Assembly: GCA_964500675.1 (NCBI GenBank)
Contig: CAZCNY010000007.1
Location: forward strand, 152,456 to 216,455
Source: an uncultured Verrucomicrobiaceae bacterium
GTDB lineage: Bacteria; Pseudomonadota; Gammaproteobacteria; Pseudomonadales; CAMLJR01
Length of the DNA stretch: 64,000 bases
Direction: 5' to 3'
The position numbers were made by a program, and so were the translations under genes. Of this stretch, positions 43,329 to 53,307 are shown one piece after another. A model generated the notes under the pieces. That model saw nothing but the letters and a program-made list of their open reading frames with translations, had not been told where the DNA came from and made no database searches. Every line of letters starts with the position of its first letter. The stretch's first letter is position 1.

Positions 43329-44120
43329 TTGAGCAAGGTATTGCACAATATTCTCTATGTCGAGGACGAACCTGATATTCAGCGCGTGGTTAAACTCGCG
43401 CTTGAGGCGATAGCAGGTATGCATGTCATCGTGTGTAGTTCGGGTGCCGAAGCGGTGGCGCGCGCAGTCGGTGCCGCGATCGATTTAATTTTGCTCGATG
43501 TCATGATGCCTAACATGGATGGTCCGACCACGTTGCGCCGCTTGCGCGAAATACCCGCGCTGGCGCACACACCGGTGGTATTCATGACCGCGAAGGCGCA
43601 TCCGCATGAAATTGCCTATTTCAAATCGCTCGGTGCACTCGACGTGATCGCCAAGCCGTTCGATCCTATGACGCTGGCGGCGACATTGCGCGCGATTTGG
43701 GCGCGCGCATCAACCGCATCGCAATCGATTTCTGCGGCTGAAGAGAAAAAGTTAACCGATGCGGCACAGTCCAGTGCTGAAGAGCGTTTTGCCGCGCGCA
43801 TGGCGGTGCTCACCGCGCAATTTCAGCGCGAACTGCCGTCGCGTTTCAATACGTTGCGCCGGCAATGGCGCATGTTGAGCGAGTCTTGGAGTTTTGATGC
43901 GCTCGATGCGCTGCACGGCAGCACGCACAATCTCGCCGGTGTCGGCTCCACGTTTGGATACGATGAATTGACCGTGCGCGCGCGCGCACTCGATCGCCAT
44001 TTCAAAACGCTTTTGCGTGAGCAGCGTGCGCCCGATACAGCGCTGTGGGTCGAAATCGGCGCGTTGTTCGCGGAGCTTGAGGCCGAGTTGCAACGTATCG
44101 TGGTTCAGTTCGATCATTGA
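43329..44120 (+). CDS. Response regulator with a C-terminal Hpt domain
   Basis: VEDE, LLDVMMP, MTAK, IAKPF; HNLAGVGSTFG Hpt motif. Confidence 0.9.
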   Translation: MSKVLHNILYVEDEPDIQRVVKLALEAIAGMHVIVCSSGAEAVARAVGAAIDLILLDVMMPNMDGPTTLRRLREIPALAHTPVVFMTAKAHPHEIAYFKSLGALDVIAKPFDPMTLAATLRAIWARASTASQSISAAEEKKLTDAAQSSAEERFAARMAVLTAQFQRELPSRFNTLRRQWRMLSESWSFDALDALHGSTHNLAGVGSTFGYDELTVRARALDRHFKTLLREQRAPDTALWVEIGALFAELEAELQRIVVQFDH

Positions 44121-44171
44121 TCATTAATTATTGCGAAGCTCGGTATTTTCACCGATGAGTTCGAGACAGCG

Positions 44172-45224
44172 ATGGCGGCACCGATACGCATAGGTATTCT
44201 GAACGATATGTCCGCAGGCCCGCCGAGTCCAAGCGATATCGAACGCTGGTTGCGTCTGGTTGCGGATGATTTGATTGGCGAGGGCCGCATCGCGGGTGAG
44301 ATTGAATTCATCAATGCCTGGGGATTGGGTCTTCCAGCCGGTAGCGCGGCCGCGGTGGAGCGCGCCTACGCAGCGCTCGTTGCACAGGATGTTTTGCTCA
44401 TCGTCGGGCCGGCGATTGGCGATAATGCGCTGTTGGCGACACCGCTCGCCGAGCGTTACCGAGTTCCGACCATCAACTGGGCGGGCGCCGAAAATGCGCG
44501 CGGCGAATATATGTTTCATCTTCAGGTGGGTTCGCATGAAGACGAGTCCATCGTGCTCGCGCGTTATCTTGCATCCCTCGGTGCACAGCGCGTGGGCGTG
44601 GTCTACGACAACTCGCCGATCGGTCATCGCTATCTCGAATTTCTTCAGAGCGAAGCCGGTCTCGTTGGATTAAACATCGTTGCGGTCGTCGAAATAATTC
44701 CGCTCGCTGAAAATGCCGACACCGAGATTGCGAATCTACTCGATGCGGGAATCGATGCGCTGATTTATTTAGGTCTCGGGATTTCCGCTCCGGCGGTGGC
44801 GCGGGCGTTGACCGCGCGCAGCTGGAACGGTGTGCGCGCGATGAATACCGCCGGCATTCGCGGTTACGCGCCGGCGTTTGCGAAGATCATCGACGGCTGG
44901 ATTTATATCGACATGTTCTCCGATCAAAATACCGCACTCGTGGAATTTTATCGGCGCGCCGAAGCGATAACCAAACACAAGCTTGCCGTCGCGAAGGGTT
45001 ACGATCTCGGCCGCCTCGTTGCCGAGAGCTTGGCGCGCGCTCCCGAGTTGACGCGGGAAGGCATCAAACGCGGGCTGGAAAAAGTGAAGTGGCTGCCTGC
45101 GGCGCAAGGGCATGAAGGCACGCTGCTCGGCTTCGGCAAGTGCGATCGCGGCGCCTTGCATGGCCGCTATCTGGTTTTGCGGCAGTGGCGAAATCAATGC
45201 TCGATCGAGGTGCCTTGCGGCTGA
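44172..45224 (+). CDS. Type I periplasmic-binding-fold protein (LivJ-like) with no signal peptide
   Basis: IRIGILND begins at residue 5; LLIVGP, RVGVVYDNS, GYDLG; no ABC permease nearby. Confidence 0.75.
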   Translation: MAAPIRIGILNDMSAGPPSPSDIERWLRLVADDLIGEGRIAGEIEFINAWGLGLPAGSAAAVERAYAALVAQDVLLIVGPAIGDNALLATPLAERYRVPTINWAGAENARGEYMFHLQVGSHEDESIVLARYLASLGAQRVGVVYDNSPIGHRYLEFLQSEAGLVGLNIVAVVEIIPLAENADTEIANLLDAGIDALIYLGLGISAPAVARALTARSWNGVRAMNTAGIRGYAPAFAKIIDGWIYIDMFSDQNTALVEFYRRAEAITKHKLAVAKGYDLGRLVAESLARAPELTREGIKRGLEKVKWLPAAQGHEGTLLGFGKCDRGALHGRYLVLRQWRNQCSIEVPCG

Positions 45225-45337
45225 CCACTCAGCATTGTGCAAATATATCGCATTGGCTTTTTCCTGCGCCCGACTCGGGTAATAATTAGCAGCCCTCTAA
45301 TCGGCACCCTTTCTCCTAACATATTTCAGGATTGCGC

Positions 45338-48300
45338 ATGTGGATTGTTCGTGTCGCATTGCAGCGGCCCTACACGTTTATCGTTCTTGCGTTGCTGTTG
45401 CTGATCCTGGGGCCGCTGACGATCCTGCGCACGCCCACCGATATTTTCCCGAATATCGATATTCCCGTGATCACCGTGATCTGGAACTACAACGGTCTGC
45501 CCGCGGAAGAAATGGCGAGCCGTATCACGGTCAATTTCGAGCGCGTCGTCACCATCACCGTCAACGATATCGAACACATCGAATCGCAATCGCTCGGCGG
45601 CATCGCCGTGATCAAAATCTTCTTTCACCCGCATACCAAAATCGATTTGGCGATGAGCCAGGTTACCGCAGTGTCGCAGACCGTGCTGCGCGGTTATCCG
45701 CCCGGCACGCAGCCGCCGTTGATCATGAGTTACAACGCGTCGAGCGTGCCGATCATGCAACTGGCGTTGTCGAGCGCGAAACTCACGGAGGCGCAAATAT
45801 TCGATTTCGGCAACGTATTCATGCGCTCACAGCTCGCGACCGTGCAAGGCGCTTCGATTCCTTATCCGTACGGCGGCAAGCAGCGCAATATTCTCGTCGA
45901 TCTCAATCCGCGCGCGTTGCAGGCGCATGGATTGTCGGCGCAGGATGTGACGAATGCGATCGGTGCGCAGAACTTAATTCTGCCTTCGGGCACCGAAAAA
46001 ATTGGCGAATACGAATACAACATTCGCCTCAACGGCAGTCCGCTCAGCGTTGCAGCACTCAACGATCTGCCGATTAAAACGCTCAACGGCGCGACGATTT
46101 ATATCCGCGATGTTGCGCACGTGCGCGACGGTTTCGTGCCGCAGGTGAATATTGTGCGCGTCGACGGTCAGCGCGCCGCGCTGATGACGATTCAAAAAAC
46201 CGGCAACGCCTCGACACTCGATATCATCGATCGCATCAAAGCGTTGCTGCCGCAAATCAGAGACAGCGCGCCGGCCGATCTGAGCATTCGTCCACTGGCC
46301 GATCAATCGCTGTTCGTGCGCTCGTCGATCGCGGGCGTCATTCGCGAAGGCGTTATCGCCGCGGCGTTGACGGCACTGATGATACTGCTATTTCTCGGCA
46401 GCTGGCGCAGCACGCTGATCATCGCCATTTCGATTCCGTTGTCGGTGCTGGCTTCGATCATCACCTTGTCGGCGCTCGGCGAAACGATCAATATCATGAC
46501 ACTCGGCGGGCTCGCGCTCGCGGTGGGAATTCTCGTCGACGATGCCACAGTGGCGATCGAAAATATCAACTGGCATCTGGAGCAGGGCAAAGCGGTTGAA
46601 CTCGCGATACTCGACGGCGCGCAGCAGATCGCCGTGCCGGCGCTGGTGTCGACGCTGTGTATCTGCATCGTGTTCGTGCCGATGTTTTTCCTCGACGGCG
46701 TATCGCGTTATTTATTCGTGCCGCTCGCCGAAGCGGTGGTGTTCGCGATGCTCGCTTCCTACGTTTTATCGCGCACGCTGGTGCCGACACTCGCGAAATA
46801 TTTGTTGAAGCCGCACACCGGAGAGCACACTGCGCCGCTGCAAAAGCGCAATGCGTTGCAGCATTTTCAGCGCCATTTCGAGGCGCGTTTTGAAGCCGTG
46901 CGCTGCGCCTATCGCAGCTGGCTCGAACTGGTATTGCATCACCCGCGCGTATTTATCGGCGGATTTCTCGCGCTCATCATTATTTCGCTGCTGGTGCTGA
47001 CGCCGTGGCTGGGCAGCGACTTTTTTCCCGATGTGGATACCGGTCAAATCAAATTGCATCTGCGCGCGCACACCGGCACTCGCGTCGAAGAGACCGCGCG
47101 CATCGCGTACGATGTCGAGCAAGCGGTGCGCGAAGTGATTCCCGCGCATGAACTCGGCACCGTCGTGCAAAATGTCGGTTTGCCCGTCAGCGGCATCAAT
47201 TTGTCCTACACCAATTCGGCGCCGATCGGTCCCGCAGATGCCGATATCATGATTTCGTTAAAGCCGGGCCACGCGCCGACGGCCGATTACATTCGCACAT
47301 TGCGCCGGCGTTTACCCGAGCAATTTCCTGGCGTCACGTTTGCGTTTTTACCGGCCGATATCGTTTCGCAAATTTTGAATTTCGGTTTGCCGGCGCCGAT
47401 CGACGTTCAGGTTGTCGGCTATAACGCCAGCGCTAATCGCGCGCTGGCGCGGCGGATGCTGGAACAGTTTCGCCACATTCCGGGTATCGCCGATCTGCGT
47501 ATTCAGCAGACCTACGATTTGCCCGAGCTGCATGTCGATGTCGATCGCACGCGCGCGCAGCAGGCCGGTTTGACGCAGCGCGATGTTGCGACCGATATGC
47601 TGATTTCGCTGAGTGGCAGTTTTCAAACGCAGCCTGCATTTTGGCTGAACCCCAAAAACGGTGTGAGCTACACCATCAGCACGCAAATGCCGCAATACGA
47701 TCTCGGTTCGCTCGATGCGCTGCGCAATCTGCCCGTGACGAGCGCCGATGGCAATAAGCCGCCGCAAATTCTCGGCGGTCTCGCGACATTTTCGCGCGGC
47801 AGTGCGGCGGGTCTGGTATCGCATTACAACGCGCAGCCGGTGATCGATATTTTTGCCGCCGTGGAGGATCGCGATCTCGCCGCCGTTGCCAAAGAAGTGA
47901 ATAAAATTGTCGCGGAGCAGTCGCAGCATTTACCGAAAGGAACGCAATTGATCGCGCGCGGCCAGATGCAAACGATGCAGACATCGTTCAAAGGGCTTTA
48001 TCTCGGTTTGGCATTTGCGATCGTGCTGGTGTATTTGCTGATCGTGGTGAATTTTCAGTCGTGGCTCGATCCATTCATTATCATCACGGCGTTGCCCGCC
48101 GCGATCGCGGGCATTGTGTGGATTTTATTTTTAACGCATACCACGCTGAGCGTGCCGGCTTTGACCGGAGCGATCATGTGCATGGGCGTGGCCACAGCTA
48201 ACAGTATTCTCGTGGTGAGTTTCGCGCGCGAGCGGTTTCGCGAAACCGGCGATGCGGCGCGCGCTGCGGTCGAAGCGGGTTACACGCGCTTTCGTCCGGT

Positions 48301-48502
48301 GTTGATGACGGCATTGGCGATGATCATCGGCATGGTGCCGATGGCGCTCGGGCTCGGCGATGGCGGCGAGCAGAACGCGCCACTCGGCCGTGCGGTGATC
48401 GGTGGGTTATTGAGCGCAACGATCGCCACATTATTTTTTGTACCGGTGGTATTTCGCATCCTCTACCAGCGCCGGCGCGTGCCGACGGAGGCGCAACAAT
48501 GA
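45338..48502 (+). CDS. RND efflux transporter permease
   Basis: DIFPNIDIPVI, GILVDDATVAIENI (proton-relay DD), TRFRPVLMT. Confidence 0.96.
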   Translation: MWIVRVALQRPYTFIVLALLLLILGPLTILRTPTDIFPNIDIPVITVIWNYNGLPAEEMASRITVNFERVVTITVNDIEHIESQSLGGIAVIKIFFHPHTKIDLAMSQVTAVSQTVLRGYPPGTQPPLIMSYNASSVPIMQLALSSAKLTEAQIFDFGNVFMRSQLATVQGASIPYPYGGKQRNILVDLNPRALQAHGLSAQDVTNAIGAQNLILPSGTEKIGEYEYNIRLNGSPLSVAALNDLPIKTLNGATIYIRDVAHVRDGFVPQVNIVRVDGQRAALMTIQKTGNASTLDIIDRIKALLPQIRDSAPADLSIRPLADQSLFVRSSIAGVIREGVIAAALTALMILLFLGSWRSTLIIAISIPLSVLASIITLSALGETINIMTLGGLALAVGILVDDATVAIENINWHLEQGKAVELAILDGAQQIAVPALVSTLCICIVFVPMFFLDGVSRYLFVPLAEAVVFAMLASYVLSRTLVPTLAKYLLKPHTGEHTAPLQKRNALQHFQRHFEARFEAVRCAYRSWLELVLHHPRVFIGGFLALIIISLLVLTPWLGSDFFPDVDTGQIKLHLRAHTGTRVEETARIAYDVEQAVREVIPAHELGTVVQNVGLPVSGINLSYTNSAPIGPADADIMISLKPGHAPTADYIRTLRRRLPEQFPGVTFAFLPADIVSQILNFGLPAPIDVQVVGYNASANRALARRMLEQFRHIPGIADLRIQQTYDLPELHVDVDRTRAQQAGLTQRDVATDMLISLSGSFQTQPAFWLNPKNGVSYTISTQMPQYDLGSLDALRNLPVTSADGNKPPQILGGLATFSRGSAAGLVSHYNAQPVIDIFAAVEDRDLAAVAKEVNKIVAEQSQHLPKGTQLIARGQMQTMQTSFKGLYLGLAFAIVLVYLLIVVNFQSWLDPFIIITALPAAIAGIVWILFLTHTTLSVPALTGAIMCMGVATANSILVVSFARERFRETGDAARAAVEAGYTRFRPVLMTALAMIIGMVPMALGLGDGGEQNAPLGRAVIGGLLSATIATLFFVPVVFRILYQRRRVPTEAQQ

Positions 48503-49710
48503 CCGCATTCAACAACGATAACGGCTTCAAAAACGACGGTTCAAAAAATAGCGATGAATTTGCGCTGAGCAAAACCCAGCGGCGTTGGCTGTTCGCAATT
48601 GCCGTGATTGTCGTCGCGTTGGTTCTATTCGGAATCGCGACGCGAATACAGGCCGAAAAAACCTTGGAGCGACGCGTCGCCGCAACAGCCGCCGCGATCG
48701 TTGCCACGCAGAAACCGCGCGTGCAGTCGGGCGCTGAAACATTGACGCTACCGGGCGATGTGCAGGCTTACGCCGATGCGCCGATCTATGCGCGCACGAG
48801 CGGCTATTTGAAAAGCTGGAAGGTCGATATCGGCACGCACGTGAAGAAAGGTCAATTGCTCGCGGAAATCGACGCCCCCGAAGTCGATCAGGAACTGCTG
48901 CAGGCACAGGCGGATTTAGCGACAGCCGAGGCCAATGCAAAACTCGCGCGCAGCACGGCCGAGCGTTGGATTGAATTGCGCAAATCGGATGCGGTATCGC
49001 AGCAGGACGCCGATGAAAAAGTTGGCGATGCGGCGGCCAAGGCTGCGCTGCGCGAATCGGCGCATGCGAATGTCGAGCGCTTGCGCGAGCTGCAAGGCTT
49101 CAAACGCATTGTCGCGCCGTTTAGCGGTGTGATCACCGCGCGCAATATCGATATCGGTGCGCTGGTCAACGCGGCTTCTGGCGTCGAGCTGTTCCGTATT
49201 GCGGCGAGCGAAAAACTGCGCGTCTATGTTCAGGTGCCGCAGATTTATGCGCCAGCGATTAAACCCGGCCTTGCGGCGGAACTTGAATTCGCCGAGCGTC
49301 CGAATCAACATTTTCACGGAACCCTGGTGCGCAGCGCCGACGCCATCGACAACGCATCTCGCACGCTGCGCGCGGAAATCGAAGTCGATAACGCCGCCGC
49401 GAAATTGCTGCCCGGCGCTTATGCGCGCGTGCATTTGCAGCTGCCTGCGCCGGCGGCGTTGCGACTGCCGGTGAGCACATTGATTTTTCGCAGCGCCGGG
49501 TTACAGGTTGCCACGGTCGATGCGCAGCAACATATTCATTTGAAATCGATTCAGCTCGGCCGCGATTTTGGCAACGAAGTTGAAGTCATCGCGGGCTTGA
49601 ATAGCGAAGACAATGTCGTGCTTAATCCGCCCGATGCCGTCATCGACGGCGAGTCTGTGCGTGTTGTGCAACCGCAAGCGGAGAAAACCAGCAGCGGTAA
49701 TCAGGAGTGA
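48499..49710 (+). CDS. RND membrane fusion protein
   Basis: N-terminal TM, ARTSGYL..VKKGQLLAEID, IVAPFSGVIT; ATGA overlap with the permease. Confidence 0.95.
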   Translation: MTAFNNDNGFKNDGSKNSDEFALSKTQRRWLFAIAVIVVALVLFGIATRIQAEKTLERRVAATAAAIVATQKPRVQSGAETLTLPGDVQAYADAPIYARTSGYLKSWKVDIGTHVKKGQLLAEIDAPEVDQELLQAQADLATAEANAKLARSTAERWIELRKSDAVSQQDADEKVGDAAAKAALRESAHANVERLRELQGFKRIVAPFSGVITARNIDIGALVNAASGVELFRIAASEKLRVYVQVPQIYAPAIKPGLAAELEFAERPNQHFHGTLVRSADAIDNASRTLRAEIEVDNAAAKLLPGAYARVHLQLPAPAALRLPVSTLIFRSAGLQVATVDAQQHIHLKSIQLGRDFGNEVEVIAGLNSEDNVVLNPPDAVIDGESVRVVQPQAEKTSSGNQE

Positions 49711-49754
49711 TTGCGCGAATTTGATTTTCGCTGTAAGAAATCGCATAGTTTTTC

Positions 49755-49799
49755 GATGAATAGTTTCGTGATGAATAGTTTCGTGGTGAATTGATTCGG
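49755..49799. repeat. 15-bp tandem repeat (two perfect copies, one degenerate) just upstream of msrA
   Basis: gatgaatagtttcgt gatgaatagtttcgt ggtgaattgattcgg. Confidence 0.8.
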
Positions 49800-49808
49800 G
49801 AGATCGCT

Positions 49809-50453
49809 ATGGCTGTGTTCGGTTCGAGAGAATACAAAACGGCAATGCCGACGCGTGAACGGGCCTTGCCGGGCCGCGCGCAAAAAATGCCCGTGCCGAA
49901 AAAACATTTCGTGCACGACGCGCCGCTGCTGCCGCCGTTTCCCGCCGGCATGGAGCAGGCGCTGTTCGGTCTCGGTTGTTTCTGGGGCGCGGAGCGGCGT
50001 TTCTGGCAGCAGCCGGGCGTGTACACGACGGCGGTTGGCTACGCGGGCGGTTTCACGCCGAACCCCACGTACGAGGAGGTGTGCACGGGTTTGACGGGGC
50101 ATAACGAAGTGGTGCTCGTGGTGTTCGATCCACAAAAAATTGCGTATGAAAAATTGTTGAAGGTGTTTTGGGAGAGCCATGATCCCACCCAAGGTTTTCG
50201 GCAGGGCAACGACATCGGCACGCAATATCGCTCGGGTATTTATTGTTTCTCGGCTGCACAGAAAGACATGGCGCTGGCAACGCAAGCGCAGTTTCAACGC
50301 GAGTTGAAAGCGGCGGGATACGCCGCGATCACGACTGAAATTATCGATGCGCCGGAGTTTTATTACGCCGAAGATTATCATCAGCAGTATCTTGCAAAAA
50401 ATCCGCACGGCTATTGCGGTCTCGGCGGTACCGGTGTTTGTTTGCCAGCCTAA
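49809..50453 (+). CDS. msrA: Peptide methionine sulfoxide reductase A
   Basis: [36 protein letters not shown]. Confidence 0.98.
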   Translation: MAVFGSREYKTAMPTRERALPGRAQKMPVPKKHFVHDAPLLPPFPAGMEQALFGLGCFWGAERRFWQQPGVYTTAVGYAGGFTPNPTYEEVCTGLTGHNEVVLVVFDPQKIAYEKLLKVFWESHDPTQGFRQGNDIGTQYRSGIYCFSAAQKDMALATQAQFQRELKAAGYAAITTEIIDAPEFYYAEDYHQQYLAKNPHGYCGLGGTGVCLPA

Positions 50454-50586
50454 TCCGATTTCCCCAAAATATTGACGTATTCATTTTTTTTATGCGGGTA
50501 TCGAGCCAAGCGCCAGAAATTTGGATGACAATTCGATAACTGATTTATTTTTGCGTGATATCAAAATAAGAAACTCTTGGTGAGAA

Positions 50587-50604
50587 TACCGAAAATTTTC
50601 GGTA
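50587..50604. promoter_or_regulatory. Perfect 18-bp palindrome, candidate operator for the lipoprotein/Cys-rich operon
   Basis: taccgaaaattttcggta in an AT-rich 250-bp intergenic region. Confidence 0.6.
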
Positions 50605-50713
50605 AATAGCGTAAATACATTGAAGTTCTGTTTTTGCGTCCATTATGTCTAACGCAATTGCGCTGGACCGCTTCTAAACTCGAATCTGTTGAATCAGCTT
50701 CGGGATGTTTCCT

Positions 50714-50902
50714 ATGAAAAAAATCAGCGTGCGTGCAGCGATGCTAGCCGGATCGGTGGTGGTTTGTTTATTTGCGGGTTGCGGCGGTGGAGGTGGTCAT
50801 AGCTCTTCGTCCTCATCGACAGCCAGCACCTCCATAAAAGGTGTGGCTACGCCGAGCAGCGTATCGGTGGTAACCGCACAAAACGCCAGTGCCGGCGGCT
50901 AA
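50714..50902 (+). CDS. Very small lipoprotein of unknown function
   Basis: MKKISVR, hydrophobic core, lipobox LFAGC, G5/S-rich linker, then SIKGVATPSSVSVVTAQNA. Confidence 0.75.
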   Translation: MKKISVRAAMLAGSVVVCLFAGCGGGGGHSSSSSSTASTSIKGVATPSSVSVVTAQNASAGG

Positions 50903-50931
50903 TGCCCAGACCGAATTCGGAGAAATTCATC

Positions 50932-53247
50932 ATGTCCGCAAACTCATTTCCAATTAAAAAAATAGTGCTTGCTGTTTCGGTCGCGCTGCCGTCGTTGTCG
51001 TTCGCCGCACCCCCAAGTACTTCTGCTTATGAAACCGATCCGCAAAATAGTTATGTTGAGGACGCCACCTCGAAAGGCATCGGCCAGGTGAATATGATTA
51101 CTTGCTTTATTGGCGCTATGGCACCCGATAAGTTGGTGAATCAAGGCAATTACATCGCTCTGGTCGATCAGGCGAAGTGCGATCCCAATTCGCGTTCGAG
51201 CACGAGTAATTCCAGCGGGTCCGGTACGCAGGCCGCTGATTATCAGACGGCGATCGTCAATTCCACGCGCGTCTCGAATAGCGATCCGATGATTGCGAAG
51301 GTGTGGGTCAACGATGTTAACGACGGTCATCAGTCGACAATTTACGTTCGCGCCAGTGCGGAACAAGCGCCATCGACCACGCTGCCGTATGGTATTTTCC
51401 GGCTGGATTTTTGTGGTCGAGCCGATGGCTTGAATTTACCCGCTTGCATGATGAATGGTTTTATCTCGGCGGATAGCACGGGGTTGAGTTATTACCAGAC
51501 AGAAAATGGCGGTCAGGGTGTTAGTACCACAGCGCTGCGGTTAAGTGCCACCACTACGGACAATGGCAGCGGCAGCCTCGATATCAATGAATCGCAAGGC
51601 AATCAAAGTGTGCACAGCGTGTTTGATTTTGCCTACAACCACGATTATTTCTTGCGCGGCGATCAATGCTTTAGTCGCGATGCCAACGAGGCCGATTTCT
51701 CGGTTTGGCGTTATGGTTTATACGATGCGGTGACTGGCGATCGCGTAACGGTTAATTCCGGTTTCCCGATTGAATATACGCCGAATGCGAGTACTCAAAC
51801 CTATCAAGGCTATCTCGGCTATTTCGGTTTGTCGCTCTCGCCTGATGCGATGACTGCGCTTGCAAATGAAGCGAATCCTGTCGTACAGAAAGTGGATTAC
51901 GGCAACGGTAACGGGGCGCCCACGCGCACAAACTACAGCGTGGTCATGGCGGCCGGTAAGTTGACCAAGTACACGAAAAAAACTCGTCATCTGAACGAAA
52001 TTGATCAAATTAAACTGAACGTTTTCGTCGGCGATGCGACCGGCTTTTTCAGTGGGGCAACATCGAACGCGCAATACGAAATCTATTGGGATAACACTGC
52101 CAACAGTTTCGTAGCCGATGGCATCGTCAATTGCGGTGGTAACAATGGGTGCAGCACCGATGCACTTAATACGACGCCGGCGACGCAGCCCATTCCACTG
52201 TCGTTTTTTAGCAATATGGGCGGCGTGCAAGGTTGGTCGCAATCGCTCGGTGGCGAAGTGTTTATCGATCTGCACGGCGTGAGCACGATCAGCGATTCCA
52301 GTGCAATTACCGTTGTGTATCGCACGCAAGATTTGGTGTATCCGAGCGATATGGCTGCGCTGGGACAGTTGTTTTGTTTGCGCGACTGCCCGACCGCTGC
52401 ATCGATCAGCAGTTATTTTGCACCGGGATCGAGCGATATGTCGCCGATGACGTTGGCAAATAACTGGAATCCCGTTGTGAGCGGACAGCAGGTGAGTTAC
52501 AGCTTGAATTCGACCACGGGGCTGTTGCTCGATGCGCAAAGTCAGCCGGTGGTGATGACCGATGCCAATGCCTTGCAGCAACATCCGCAGTATCAAAGTG
52601 GTGTGCGTAGCGGTCGGCTGTTTACATCGGCTGATTTAGCCGCAGTGGCCTGCGATAATCAACCGGGCAGTTTGTGCGATTACAAAGTGAATTCGCTCGA
52701 TGTTTACTATGTGTGGGAGACCGGCGCGAATAGCTGGAATCAGTTGGCGGTCGTGAAAGATAGCAACGGCAACTATCTGCACTTCGATGCGCCGTTGCAG
52801 TTGAATTACACGGTGCCCGCAACCGGCGCGCAATACGGCGCATACGCTGGCAAAGCCTTGGTGTTGCAGTACGGTGGTTTCGGCGATCTGTGGGGCTTGC
52901 CGGGCCATTGCGTATCGCATCTCACCAATCAAACCGTGGATTGCGGTGCGCAAAATGACGATGTGCGTTACGTGCCGGCGTTCGCCATCAAGAAAGGTGA
53001 GCAGGTTACCAGCGGTTCACACACTTATCTTGTGAAATGGCTTGAGCGCGAAGTTCGTTTCGCGCGCAAGGATATAACCGACGGTGTGTCGTGTGCGGGA
53101 CTCAGCACAACGAATATTAATGTCACCCTTCCCACGGCTGCGGATTTGAAAGATCCTTCATCTGCCGCGCAAGCCGATGTTTATATCGGCAAGAAGCCGG
53201 TAGTGACCGACTCGCCGCGCGTGATACAAGGCGACGTCAAATACTAG
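50932..53247 (+). CDS. Large secreted Cys-rich protein of unknown function (771 aa, 14 Cys)
   Basis: GGAG before ATG 50932; signal peptide MSANSFPIKKIVLAVSVALPSLSFA; S/T/N/G/Y-rich; Cys mostly in close pairs; no family I can name. Confidence 0.9.
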   Translation: MSANSFPIKKIVLAVSVALPSLSFAAPPSTSAYETDPQNSYVEDATSKGIGQVNMITCFIGAMAPDKLVNQGNYIALVDQAKCDPNSRSSTSNSSGSGTQAADYQTAIVNSTRVSNSDPMIAKVWVNDVNDGHQSTIYVRASAEQAPSTTLPYGIFRLDFCGRADGLNLPACMMNGFISADSTGLSYYQTENGGQGVSTTALRLSATTTDNGSGSLDINESQGNQSVHSVFDFAYNHDYFLRGDQCFSRDANEADFSVWRYGLYDAVTGDRVTVNSGFPIEYTPNASTQTYQGYLGYFGLSLSPDAMTALANEANPVVQKVDYGNGNGAPTRTNYSVVMAAGKLTKYTKKTRHLNEIDQIKLNVFVGDATGFFSGATSNAQYEIYWDNTANSFVADGIVNCGGNNGCSTDALNTTPATQPIPLSFFSNMGGVQGWSQSLGGEVFIDLHGVSTISDSSAITVVYRTQDLVYPSDMAALGQLFCLRDCPTAASISSYFAPGSSDMSPMTLANNWNPVVSGQQVSYSLNSTTGLLLDAQSQPVVMTDANALQQHPQYQSGVRSGRLFTSADLAAVACDNQPGSLCDYKVNSLDVYYVWETGANSWNQLAVVKDSNGNYLHFDAPLQLNYTVPATGAQYGAYAGKALVLQYGGFGDLWGLPGHCVSHLTNQTVDCGAQNDDVRYVPAFAIKKGEQVTSGSHTYLVKWLEREVRFARKDITDGVSCAGLSTTNINVTLPTAADLKDPSSAAQADVYIGKKPVVTDSPRVIQGDVKY

Positions 53248-53263
53248 GTTTACATTTATCTAC

Positions 53264-53285
53264 AGGGGCCTGCGGGCCCCTTTTT
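53264..53285. terminator. Intrinsic terminator ending the lipoprotein/Cys-rich operon
   Basis: aggggcc-tgcg-ggcccct-tttt. Confidence 0.8.
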
Positions 53286-53307
53286 CATTTCAAAAATTGT
53301 TGCAATC

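Noticed and set aside
50714-50960. Lipoprotein/large protein split as a sequencing frameshift
   Set aside because: The downstream ORF has its own GGAG, ATG and complete signal peptide, which a broken single gene would not carry.
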